Shown: positions 22,037 to 34,769 of the stretch, in pieces
Layout of the letters: each line of letters opens with the position of its first letter
Numbering within the stretch: position 1 is the stretch's first letter
Source: Rhina ancylostomus
Taxonomy: Eukaryota
Assembly (NCBI GenBank): GCA_030265395.1
Contig: JARFYF010000012.1
Span: 35,951,277-36,015,276 of the forward strand
Direction of reading: 5' to 3'
DNA: 64,000 nt
Position numbers and translations under genes: made by a program
Notes under the pieces: generated by a model
What the model was told of the DNA's origin: nothing
Seen by the model: the letters and a program-made list of their open reading frames with translations, nothing else
Database searches by the model: none

Positions 22037-25000
22037 GAGCATAGGGCAAAGGGTAATTGAAGTCACATTAATAAAAGAACAATGGACAAAGGCATCAGGA
22101 ATTAATTTTAACACATGGAGTGATCAATATATGAATGAGCATCTGTTAAGGTTAAGAGATGAAAATTCTCCAGAATCATTTGCAAAACAGTTGGATTTTG
22201 TGAGATGGTGGTGGGATCCAGGGGCGTGATATATAGAATATATTAATTAAGTTGAGCTAATGCCCGCTCTCATTTTTTTCTCTTCACTGTGATTCCTTTT
22301 CAGAAGAGGTAGCCCAGTTTCCCCCTTCTCTGCAGATTCAAGGCTCAAAAGCAGCTCCAGTTGCCTTCAGAACAGTACTGAATCTATCACTTTGACAGAC
22401 AGAAGAGCAATATTTTATTTACACAAGACTAAATGGGAGAGAAGCATGAAAGCACAGCAGGGAAAATTGAGGGGGCAGGTGGTATGGGGAAGTGCTTATT
22501 ATATTTCTTGCACCTAAAACCATTTAGCATACAAGCAATTATGTTATTATNNNNNNNNNNNNNNNNNNNNNNNNNNNNNNNCTGCTAAAGCAATACAAGG
22601 ATGACCAATTAATCTGTGGGAAAAGGGAAGCTTGATTAGGATAACTGCATGTTTTTAATGAAGTTTCAGAATAAAAATCAAAACACAGCACAGAAACAGG
22701 CCATTGCCACAATCAATCTGTGCCTAGTATATATGTTCCACACAAGCTTTCTTCAATTCTTCCTCATCCATTCTTTTCAGCACAGCATTCTAATATTTCC
22801 TTCTTCAAAAACTTAACCAGTTTTATTCTAAATGTACCTTTGCTATTTTCCTCAAATACTCTCCAAGAAGTTCCTAATTCCCTCCACTTTCTAGGTAAGG
22901 AAATTGGAGGGAAGCTCCTCATCTGATTTTTCAGCAACCAACACCACCTAATTTTGGCCCTCCGGCTAGTTGCAAATATATTCTCTGTGCTGGAAATGTA
23001 CTGCTCCTAAAAAAGAGCATCTAAGCCACAACGTGGGAGATGCCACCGATTTGTGCAAAGCCCGCAGACAGCAAAATTGTGCGCAAGAACCAAAGATCCT
23101 GCTATTGAAAAGCAGTTTGGCTATTAATCAGGGCGATGTGGTTGGCAATCATTGACAGAAAGGGGATAAAACTGGAATTGGGGTTGGTTGGAGAGGCAAC
23201 TGGGGTTCAGAAGTTAAGGTTCAGGTGGATAAGCAATGAGGGGCTAAGAGCAGGGATCGGCTGGAGATGGAATCGGAACCAGTGATTGTGTGGGGGAGGG
23301 GTAAGCATAGAAATAATTTTACACAAGTCACATAATCATGCATCTCGTGCACAGAGATTTCATGAAATGCCCCACTGTAAACTTTGATTTAATAAACTTT
23401 TCCTCAAAATCAATGTTGGTGGTTTAAAATAAAGATCAGGAGATAGGAAAGGTATTATTTCTTTCATAAATTATAATTCAAAACGTTAAAGAACAGTTCC
23501 CTTTATTAAGCACGTATTAATCTCTGTGAAGCATCAGTTTTTTCATCGATCTTGTACAAAAATGCTGGAAGGTTTTGTTAATGTGACAAAATTTTATTCA
23601 GCATTTAGTCACATAGTCTGAAGAAACCTAAAGAAAACCAGCAGATTGTAATTTACTTGATATGTCTGCAAACACACATTCTCCAACTTTTTTCATGTCT
23701 TGTTTCACCTGAATTAATACTGGATGAAATAATGGCCTACATTCCACGATCATCAAGAGCAATTCCAGCTCACATAATTTACATAAGAATTTCTAAGTAT
23801 GGTTATAAGATCCCCACATATCAAAACTGGCAATTTTGAATTCTAAACTGACATTTTGGGAAATTGCTCGAGAACAACTGGTGTGTAATCTCAATGAAGA
23901 TGCTTTCTTTCCCCAGGTTAACGATGACGTTAGTTTTGGTTTCTGATCTTCTAATTAAATTTAAATCCTTAAGCTAGAATTTGTGTGTTTTAAGTCAAAA
24001 AGCACTGCAAAAGAATTAATTTAATAAAATATCACACTTACACTTGATAGATCGAAATGCTACCAGCGTGGATAAGCCTGCAGAGAAGTTAACCTTTTCC
24101 ACTGGAAGCTCTTGTGTTTTGCAGAAGTTGTTTAATTTTAGATGGATATTTTCCCTACAGTGACAAATTAACATATTTCTTGAACAAATCCACAATGGAT
24201 TCAATTTTTTTTTAAAAAGGTGGTCTCATTAACATTTTGGTACCACAAGAGGTATAACTATAGATCCAACAGTTCTGAGAATCTACAAATTTATCTGCAG
24301 GCATCAAATCATAACGGCAGCAATTTTCACATAGGACACTGCCAGTCAGAGACTTTGTGTTAACCCATNNNNNNNNNNNNNNNNNNNNNNNNNNNNNNNN
24401 NNNNNNNNNNNNNNNNNNNNNNNNNNNNNNNNNNNNNNNNNNNNNNNNNNNNNNNNNNNNNNNNNNNNNNNNNNNNNNNNNNNNTTACCAGTAATGGAAG
24501 GCATGGAAAATGGGTTATAAAGATGGATATAGGGCAGTTGAATGGGATTCTATGTAGGTTTGATAGCAACACCATGGATGAACCTCGAATCCTAACCTAA
24601 AGCCATCACTCCAAGATTATGTCAGGAAATTGTCCTTCAGTTCATTAAGAGCATGAACGTATTAGGAAATTAATAGTGTTAACATCCAAGAGGTCCAGGA
24701 AGAAAAACTGGTGGGTGGTATCTATGAAATGTAAGAATAGTCAGCTGAGGACATGGTTTACCCACCATAAGGAAATAATGTTACAAAACACAAGGAATTC
24801 CCTTCTGCTAATATGATTGGGATGAAAGTTCCAAAGACATGTTTCTTTAGTTTGCTTGCTGATGATTACAGCAAGGAAAGTAACTTGCGATGAAGATACA
24901 AGGAAGATCTAAAAAAAATACATATGTGTAAGCTCCAGTTAATTAAAAATAGAGTTCCTTTCAGATTTGAGCAAAATGAGGAACTTAGAAAGTGCTCAGG

Positions 25001-25234
25001 TGCATGATGTTCAGTTATAACTGGTACAATAGTTGCCACATATCAATGGCACAACAAGTCCAGGTGAGGTGCCAGATTAGTGCAAAATAATATAATGGAA
25101 GATGGGATGGTTGGAAAGGCAGAAGATGTGGGAATTGGTTCAAGGATTTGGGGAATGTAGCAGTACTACCCTTGTGGAATGAGGTGGATCTGTTGTAATA
25201 TGTGGTTCTGATATAGGGTGATAAAGCTTGTAAC

Positions 25235-26115
25235 AATGATACTGAAACTTTTATTAAATGAGAGAGACAGGGGAATCCTCTCAGAAGGCAATGTGAACCA
25301 ATAGAACAGTGATGAAACTGTCTTTACCACAGGGTACTCCACTACTAAGAACCTTGGATTTAGCCCAGTCTCGATTAATCAGCAAGAGCAGTTGGGAATC
25401 ATCCAAAGACTCACATATAAAGTGAATGATGTGGAAGATGAGGAACCAAATTGTGATGATTTATTAACAATATCTCATTATATATTTGGAATCCCATGCT
25501 AAGGGAGCATAAATGTGCCTCTACTGCAGTCTTGAAAAACAACATTTATGAGATAAACAAATCATGATTAACATGTTCAAAAGAATCCAGATCATATCCA
25601 CAGGGGAGTTTTCCCCTCCAGTAATACATCCAAACATAGTTGTAACATTACTGTGTACCAGTGTAGGTCGGCAAAAGAATATCCCATGAACTATTATGAA
25701 GGACAAAACATCTCAGGATGGTTCATCTTCCTCTATTATGATAAATGAGGCCACCCCAACCCCAATGTTACTGACAGAGAACTCTGGAATATCCCAATAT
25801 GGTGCACCACTCCTGTACATGACTTAAGTGGGTACACTTAGGTAGTTCCAGAACTGAGCAGATAAACTCATTTGCACAATGCACTAGCATGTCTAACGAT
25901 TGGACAGAGCATGCTGCTCTCTTGCGTTTTTCCCCCATACCTGTTCCAAACTGACTTGGAGGCATTTGCAAAACTGAAAAATCTTGCCATGCTACACATT
26001 GATCAAGAATAGATGACACATGCAGTGATATTAAGGAAATTGTTCTGACATGGATAAGGTACTGAGCCCCCTGTCCTTGAACCCCAACCCAAATATTCAG
26101 TCAGAATATACACTG
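25235..26115 (+). pseudogene. Decayed hAT-type transposase relic (ZMYM1/THAP12-like)
   Basis: ETFIK*ERQGNPLRRQCE (25244-25297) resembles the RQGxxLRGHxE motif. TYKVNDVEDE (~25412) resembles YTSPDIQNE. LACLTIG and KLKNLAMLHIDQE (25971-26009) resemble the hAT C-terminal dimerisation motif. The order is collinear. Confidence 0.5.
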
Positions 26116-27849
26116 CACCCATCGAGGTGAGCCAGTTTCTAAGGGGGGCCCTATGTAGTTGGATTTGTTTTCACCATGTAACTTTCCTTCCACGTATCAT
26201 CAAAATAAAGATTTGTGTCACAACACATGATGGATTTTTACAGTGAAAATCAAACCTCAAAAATTATGGTTTAACTCCTCTGTATTTTACCAAGCATCAT
26301 TGCAACAGTCTTTTGTGTTACCCAACAGGCCCTACCATTTGATAAATTCAAATTCCACTGTCTTCTCACTTGAATGAATACAGTATTCCTTCTGGGGTTT
26401 AGCTCCCCTCAGTTATTCGCATTTGCATTCCTTCTCAGATGTGTGTGAATAAGATGTGCAACCACAACCTCCAACCACTCTGAATAAAAATAGCTATTGC
26501 AAAACTTCAAATGAAAGCTTCACTTGTCAGAAAGGCTTAAGTGAAGTGCAAAGGTTTCAGAGGCACAGACATCTGAGACCAGTCATTTACGATCAAATAT
26601 GGTAGTGGGAGGAAAATAGGAGGAAATGGAAATGAACAGCCAGTCCTTGACTGGTGTACAATTCTGCTGATAAAACTTCATTAAGCTGCATTTATCAGTG
26701 TCTGATAACTCCATCATCTAAGAGTTTTTCTGTCAATTTATTTCAATAGTTTATAAAATTTACAATGAATTTCAAGGACAACAGATTCAAAGTTTAATTA
26801 TTGTTTAATAAAATATTTTATAAAAAGTTACATGTTTTATTGGTGCATTAATTAAAAGTGATGGAGTTAAAATACGTTTATTGCTACCACTGCTGTGCCC
26901 AAATGTTTAAAAATTGTAACAGTGATTTTTGAAGCTGATTCAGGAACTTACAGTTAGTTTATTAGCCTGAGACTCTTGATATAATAAAATCAAACTGCCA
27001 TTCTCAACTTTGCTATAGTCAGCCTGATATTCTACAAAGACTTGGCGATCCTCTTATACCTTTGGGCGTGTCCCACTTTGATGAACAGTGTAAATAATAG
27101 GAAAGTTAATACTACAGCCACACACAGTTACTTTTATACATCGCCTTGAAGGTAGAAAAATGTGCTAAGTTGCTTTAAAATGATTTAGTCAAGCTGAAAA
27201 CGATGTCTGGTCAATTAATTAGTACTAAATGACCAAAATGTGGTCAACCACCAACCACTACACTGCCCAATTGCTTGAAGGAATGACCTGTTATAAACAC
27301 TAAGTGGAACACTGCCTCAGCCTTTAATAATGCTCCTATCTGTTCCTATCATTCACTCTCTCAATTTCAGTGAAACTACAAAAATAAACCACATGAAATA
27401 CCACCACTCACAGGGATGAATCTTGCAGACTGTGGTTTAGAACCACAACCTTTCAACCACTGGAACCAAAGGAAGTTAAAGCCAGTCAGGGCCATAATAG
27501 GGATGAGGCTCTTGCCCTCTTACACCCTCGGCCCATCACATCCAGATCTTGAGAACTTGAGGATGCAGAGGGACGAAGCAATCCAACCTCCTCATCCATC
27601 CAGGTGGCTGAGCATGTGCAGGGACTGCAGGACAGTGATTCTGGGCACTGGCCCCATTCCAGCACAAATCTGATCTATTGCAAATATCTGCCTATAAATT
27701 CCATTTTGGGCAATGTACAGATGTGGATAAAACTGCCTTTTGTGATAACTTTCTTCCTGCAGACTATATATTGCATAAAAACTAGAAGATTACCAAGAGA
27801 TGGTTGACCTACATAGCATTAATTGAAAAGCACAGCAGCTACTGGAAAT

Positions 27850-28095
27850 CTGCATCCCACCAGGCTCCACATTCCTCAATTTCCTCCAGCTTCCATGCTA
27901 TTCTACCAATAGATGCATCATTCCCTCCCCTCCTCTCTCAGAATTCTGATGGGGCCATTCCCTCCTCAGATCCCCAAATCACTCTTGCATCTCTATCAAC
28001 CATCCCCCTTCTCACAGCACTTTCCCATGCAACTACAGGAGATGCAACGCCTGCCTTTTTACCTCATCCCTTCACACTATTGAGGGATCCACAGA
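27850..28095 (+). mobile_element. PLE fragment (RT-endonuclease linker)
   Basis: ttccctcccctcctctctcag...gcactttcccatgcaactacaggagatgcaacgcctgcc encodes TFPCNYRRCNAC, the PLE Cys linker. Confidence 0.7.
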
Positions 28096-29002
28096 CAGGT
28101 GGATATATCTGTGTGTTTCTGTCCACACATGACACTAACAAGATAATCTGGAATCTAACAACAGAATACATGTAGTTTAAGAGCTTATGTAACCTCATCA
28201 GACCCAATTAAAGACAAGAGCTACAAGACCACGGCCAGATCATTCCCAAGTAGTTTCACTGATTCACGTCAGCCATCCAACTCTCACACGCTACCACCTA
28301 AGAAGCACTGACAGCAAATTAGGTAAAGGTTAAGACATTACAAATTATACACCAACAACAAAAGGAGAGCATGATAGGATGCCACGGACAGTGCAAGATC
28401 TAGGGACTCTCAATAATACCGATTCCATTAAAATTCCTGTGTGCAGATGTCCAAGCAAAAGCTTTCAATAAATGTTTTAAGAGGCCATATGCAAGCTGAT
28501 ACACACGTGTCCACACTGATTCAGATACTTCATTTCCCTACTGCCTCCTCCTCAGGGATCTCCTGCACATGACACCTCCTTAATGCAAAGTTATGTTGAA
28601 GCTAGCCAGACTACACTGAAGAGTAACAAAATATCAAATAGTGGGAATACTCAGCAAGTGAGTCAGCTTCCATATCAAAAAAAATGTTAAACTGTTGTGA
28701 TGAAATAGACTTAACCTTTGCCTGTAGTTCAGAAGAGAACTGCCAGGAACATGCCTTCTCAGATCAGTGCACACCTGACCTACATGTCTGTGCACTGCAG
28801 TGCAGAAGTCAGCAATATCCTTCAGATTAGATGCCATCACACTTCACCTCCCACTCCACTGTTGAAGATAGCTTTGAAATCAGAGGTAGAGTTCAGTTGT
28901 ACTTCATGCTTTGCAGCAACCATGTAGCATGGCCTCATTTGAATGGGGTCACTGAAGTACATGAAAAGGTAATTTCTTTTTAATTTTGTAATGTTTCAAT
29001 TT

Positions 29003-29204
29003 CTACAAACATGGAACACAACAGCACAGTACAGGCCCTTTGGCCCACAATGTTCTGCCGACATTTTATCCTGCTCTAAGATCTATCTAACCCTTCCCTC
29101 CCACATAGCCCCCTATTTTTCTATCATTCATGTGTCCAAGAGTCTCTTAAATGTCCCTAATGTATCTGCCCCCACAACCTCTGCAGGCAGTGTGTTCCAC
29201 GCAC
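29003..29204 (-). mobile_element. CR1 3' end (younger subfamily)
   Basis: The reverse complement matches 54030-54213 (gggctatgtgggagggaagggttagat...cttagagcaggataaaatgtc). Confidence 0.9.
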
Positions 29205-30659
29205 TAAATTATTTAAATCTATTTCATAAACATTTAGAAAAGGTTGGAAAGGTCTTTGACGGCAATGACCTGCCAAAGGTCCAACCATAGGGCCCCAGAT
29301 CCTTATTTGAGGTTCAGTCACTGCTCAAGAACCACTCTGCTTCATGGGACGGATGGAACAACAAGGACTAGCACTCAAAAGCCCTACAGGGCTGCAAAAT
29401 GTTTGGGTGACACCAGGAATCAGAGGGTGAATGCAAGGTGGATCAGGCATGGTTACAAAGGATTCATCATAGAATATGCTGCACAAAAAATTCAACCCAA
29501 GTCCATGCCAGCTTTATGATCCACTCAAGCCTCCGCCTGTTTTCCTTCATCTAAATCTATTAACAGCACCCTCTATTCCTCCTTCATGTGTTTATCGAGC
29601 TCCTAAAATCTATCTACACTATTTGCTTCCAGCATTCTGTATGGTAGAGAGTTTCACATTCTCGTCAGTCCAATGTTTTGATTGCACACCCCTGAATACA
29701 ATAACACCTAAGGTGCCAGGTGATCTGTTCTCATCTGATCTGGTTAATATTAAAGAGTGCCCCTAGATAACAGCAAGTGCTTTCAACATTTTTACTGTTA
29801 TGATTTGCAGCAAAATGTCCTTTCCACAATGGTACCTGGCTGGTGTCCTCATAAAGCCCCATGGAGATGATGTGGTCTCTCAGGAACTGCATTGAACCAT
29901 GCCCCTCTGTTGCAGAAACTCCCAGGAAAGCAAGCTTTCGCTTGCTCTGATGACCACTGACATGCTGAGCATTTAAAGCAAATTAATTTCTAGGTGACAT
30001 GATAGTATTAATCAAGGGAGTGTATATGGTCATGAGGGTATAATCTGCACTCTCCAGACTAAAGGGAATCCAGCCACTGTAAAATGGCATTTAGCTACTA
30101 GTCCATGGGAAATAGATAAAATTGCTTCCTTAATGCATTTGTGCATAGTTGAACAACAATACTGATTCCTCAAATGGCAGCCTGGAATGACCCTGCAATG
30201 TAAAAATTCAGAGTGGTTGTGACTATTATACACTGTCAATGTAGCCTTTGGTGGAGGAGGGTTGAACAGGAGGTCATGACTTGTGGTTCAGTCTCCACAA
30301 GCACGACGTTAGGGGCAATAGGAGAATGTGCCATCATTCTGAACAATATATGTGGGATTTTGGCAGGTGGCATAACTGCACTCCTGGTTCTTCCTGTCCA
30401 GCCTATCTGCTGTCTACTACCCCCATCCAAAGGATAAAGCTGCAGGGAATATTTCCAAACTGGAAATCCAGTGTAGCCTATTCTGAATTAGAGTCAGTAG
30501 CTCAAAAAAAGCACATTGTCATGAAACTGTCAACAGTACAAATAAGGACCAAAAGCAAGCATTCTATGTACTTGTAATGTAATTGCAGAATCATTTTTGT
30601 GGGAGTAACTATGACACAAATGGTGCAGTGACCCTGCCCCTGTTAATTTGCCCAGGCAG

Positions 30660-30950
30660 GAGTCACAATGTGGTCCAGACATTGTTCATGTGCTCATGAC
30701 AATGTTCCCACTGGGAGGTTTTCACCAGATCTACTGTTGAGGGTCTTCTACTCCTATTATGACAACTTGAACTGGATATATGATCCTTTCCTGAGACTTT
30801 AATTCCTTGATTTCCATGATGAAGTTTCCATTCCTGTTTTGAAATGTCTGTGTGGCTTGGATTGTCTATCACATAGATGGTGGCAGTGACAAATGATAAT
30901 GTGGGCACAGCAATTTAAATTATCCAATGATGTGAATGATTGCAACTCAC
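30660..30950 (-). pseudogene. Possible Gypsy/Ty3 integrase zinc-finger relic
   Basis: ORF 30663-30908 contains TDISKQEWKLHHGNQGIK, resembling LHxGHQGIxK. Only one motif supports this. Confidence 0.25.
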
Positions 30951-31214
30951 TTGATATGCTTACTCATACTTGGTCCCCTCTGTGGTTGTGGGAGAGGTGT
31001 CAACATTGTTGGTTCAGAAGCATTTTCTTGAACATCCTATTTCAACCTATCATCAAGTGCACCAAGTTAACCCATAGCTCCATATGTCGTGAATAGGTTT
31101 TTGAACTTAAAGGAGCTATTCAAAAACCTGAAAAATAATACATGTTTTATACATGTTAAATACATATCCTTTACCTTGCTTTGGCATGTGGCCACCCCAA
31201 ACATACAAATCATA

Positions 31215-31890
31215 AACACACAAAGGAGCTGGAGGAACTCAGCAGGTCAGGCAGCATCTATCGAGGGAAATGGACAGATGACATATTGGGTTAAGACTCT
31301 TCATCTGAACTGGAGAGAGGGGAGATAGCCAGTATAAAATAGTGGGGANNNNNNNNNNGTCAATTAAGAGCGGGCAAATGATAGTTGGATCCAGGTGGGG
31401 AGAGGGGGAGGGGGAAAATTATGCAAGAAGCTGGGAGGTGATAGGTGGCAGTGACAAAGAGCTGAAGATGGAATATGGAATCAGATAGGAGAGGACAGAG
31501 GAACATGGAATAAAGGGAAGCAGGTGGGGAGGGGAACTAGTGGGAGGAATATGTGGGTGGTAGGCAAATGGAGAGAGTGGAAGAAGGGAAAGAAACAAGA
31601 TGATGGGGGCCAGTTGGATCAGGAGGAAAAAGGGGAAAGGGATGGAGGGGTGGTTACTAGAAGTTTGAGAATTTGATGTTCATGCCATCAGGTTGAAGAC
31701 TGCCCAGGCAGAATACGAGGTACTGTTCCTCTAATTTGCATTTAGCCTCAACCTGCCTGTGGAGGAGACCATGGACAGACATGTCGGCATGAGAATGGGA
31801 AATGGAATTAAAATGGCTGGGCACAGGGAGATCCCGGCTGGCACAGCAGATGAAGCAAAGGTGCTCGACGGAGCGGTCCCCAATCTGCGT
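31215..31890 (-). mobile_element. PLE 3' portion (GIY-YIG C-terminus plus pLTR)
   Basis: gagctggaggaactcagcaggtcaggcagcatc terminus; the antisense strand encodes RLGTAPSST... and KLEEQYLVF-like motifs. Confidence 0.85.
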
Positions 31891-31894
31891 GATT

Positions 31895-32900
31895 CTCTGA
31901 ATCCTTCACCATCTCCAATGGCATCCACCACCAGTCACATCTTCCCCTCCCCACTTTCCACAGGGATCACTCTCTCCATGACTCCCTCGTCTGATCATCA
32001 TTCCCCCACCTATCCTCCCCCCTTTCCAGGTGCTTATCCCTGCAACCGTGCTAATTGATACAATGGCCCCTCCACTTCTTCCCTCACCACCATCCAGGGC
32101 CCGAAACAAACCTTCCAGATTAGGCAGTCATTCACATGCAAATCCCTTGGTGCTATTTACTGCATCCGGTGTGGCCTCCTCTACATCAGCGAGACCTCGT
32201 GCAGATTAGGGGACCACTTAGTCGACAACCTTTTCTTCACCCACCGTGCAAGCCAGGATCTCCCAAGGGCCAGCCATTTTAATTCCACTTCCCATNNNNN
32301 NNNNNNNNNNNNNNNNNNNNNNNNNNNNNNNNNNNNNNNNNNNNNNNNNNNNNNNNNNNNNNNNNNNNNNNNNNNNNNNNNNNNNNNNNNNNNNNNNNNN
32401 NNNNNNNNNNNNNNNNNNNNNNNNNNNNNNNNNNNNNNNNNNNNNNNNNNNNNNNNNNNNNNNNNNNNNNNNNNNNNNNNNNNNNNNNNNNNNNNNNNNN
32501 NNNNNNNNNNNNNNNNNNNNNNNNNNNNNNNNNNNNNNNNNNNNNNNNNNNNNNNNNNNNNNNNNNNNNNNNNNNNNNNNNNNNNNNNNNNNNNNNNNNN
32601 NNNNNNNNNNNNNNNNNNNNNNNNNNNNNNNNNNNNNNNNNNNNNNNNNNNNNNNNNNNNNNNNNNNNNNNNNNNNNNNNNNNNNNNNTCTCTTGCCACA
32701 TCTTGTTCAAACTCTCCCCCCCCCCCCCCCCCCCTTTTTATACTGGTCATCTCCCCTTTCTTCCCAGACCAGATGAAGGGTCTCGGCTTGAAATGTTGAC
32801 TGTCCATTTCCCTCCATAGCTGCAGCCCGACCCGCTGAGTTCCTCCAGCTCCTTTGAATGTTGCTCCAGGTTTCCAGAATCTGCAGTCTCTCGTTCTTCC
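31895..32900 (+). mobile_element. PLE 3' portion (linker, GIY-YIG, pLTR), contains a gap
   Basis: YPCNR, IYCIRCGLLYISET, and the end cccgctgagttcctccagctcc...ctgcagtctctcg. Decayed hammerhead at 32766-32802. Confidence 0.88.
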
Positions 32901-33369
32901 ATATGGTTTATAAATACTTGATTTTGTCTAAAGTGGTAATGATAAGCTCTTTGATCTCATTATAACCCTTTCATCACTTGGTTTAAGGGCAAGCTTTCTC
33001 TTTATCCACTGGAAGATACTGCAAAATATCTGCACATGGCCCCATCAACATCACCCTGATAAAAATCAAATAATCAATTCAGAAACTTGCAAAGCACAAC
33101 TTAGTCTCTAACTAAAATGTGTTTATTGGTTAAAACATCCATTAAATTAAGCCCAAAGATGCATTGAGATTCTAAATTGTTGCAATCTTCATAATTATCA
33201 CTTTAATGTTAACCCTTTAACCCCTTCACTTCTCCTTCTCATCTGGCCCTCATCACCAATCTCTCATGCACAATGAATGCAGCTTTGAACTGATAAGGTA
33301 GACAAGTGGTTGAGTAATTTATTTCTATATTAGACTGGATCACATAAAACACTATTAAGTCTTGCTCTC

Positions 33370-34740
33370 CTCTGCCAAAACTACTCACAATTTACAGATC
33401 ACCTTTAAAAGCAAAATGAATCCCCAGCTTCCTGTATTCTCCGTCTATTCCAACCTCACCTCCAACACGAAATGGCGGAGCTCATGGATATCTTGCCACT
33501 AAAGCCAACACCTCCAATCAGCCCCATCTGCTGCCTTCTTTTCCTGAAGGATCAAATAAAACTTCTCCTCTGTCCTGCCCTCAAACTGGAATCTTTCTCC
33601 AGTTTTGATTTAGTTTTTCCTTCATCTTTCCACATTCCCTCCTGGAGTTTAATTATGGTATAACATCTATTCTCTTAAACCTGTGACTACAAAACTGCTA
33701 ATCACTATTTCCTTTCCTAGCTCCCAGGATAACTATTAGTAATGGTCATCTCTCCTCAAGTATTATTGCCTCACTTTCAAATGTGCCTTTACCATTCATC
33801 TCATTAACAACTGATCATTCCAAATCATGCACGCTCTCTTCTCCAAAGTCTTTGAACATGATCTTACCTCCAAAATCCAAGCTCAACTTTCCTCAAACCC
33901 ACATCCAAGTCCCTAAAACCAGATTTCCTTTCCGGCCATAGCCCTGAATAGGATCTGATCAGTTATCCTTTACAACTACAAGAGAGTGATCAACCTTCAT
34001 CCTTCCTGAACCATCTGCAACATTTGACATGGGTGAACACACAATTCTGCTCAAAAGCTTTTCTGTCATCATCTTGCTTTATTAGAACACACCTATCTGG
34101 TTCTATGCTTGTGTTCAGCTGTTCCTAGAGAATTACCTGGTTCTAGAGATTTACCTCTCATCTTCCTCAAGGATCTAAAGAGGGTCTCCTCCTATTTCTC
34201 ATCTAGCTGCTGCACTTCAGGAACATCATTCAAAAAAAAAATGCACTGCTAATACTCATATTTGAAGATAGGAAACTCCTGCTCGCTACTGCCCTTCTCA
34301 ACACTCTCTCCAGATTGTCAGACTAGTTATTCAACATTCAGTGCTGGATGAATGGAAATTGCTTCCAACTGATCATCTCAAAGACCAATGCCACTGAACC
34401 GTCAAGTTTGTTCCTCAGCCACCAACTCGTTCAGGCTCATCGACACTGATATATTTTTGAATCTTAATAGAATCAAGAAATATGAGATTAGTACAGGAAA
34501 GTGCATGGAGGTAAATGAACCAGATGGCCTATATGTTATGACTATGTCCACCTATTATTACCTCTGTAACATTGCTCAGCAGCCTCTAAATCATTTTACC
34601 TTAACTTGACTTCTCTAATTTAGTGCTGGCTGGTTATCATTCTTCTCCCCTCTTATGTTCACCTGATCCAAACTATCTGCCCTTTTCCTATTACTCTACA
34701 TCTGTCTCTTTCACTGATGGTTCATTCATGGATTAGACAA
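33370..34740 (+). mobile_element. L2 LINE RT region, decayed
   Basis: SKVFEH (33842), SATFDMGEHTILL (34014), LPQGSKEGLLLFLI (34162). Confidence 0.75.
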
Positions 34741-34769
34741 TACAAGTAGTTCAGAAAAATCAGCACCAA

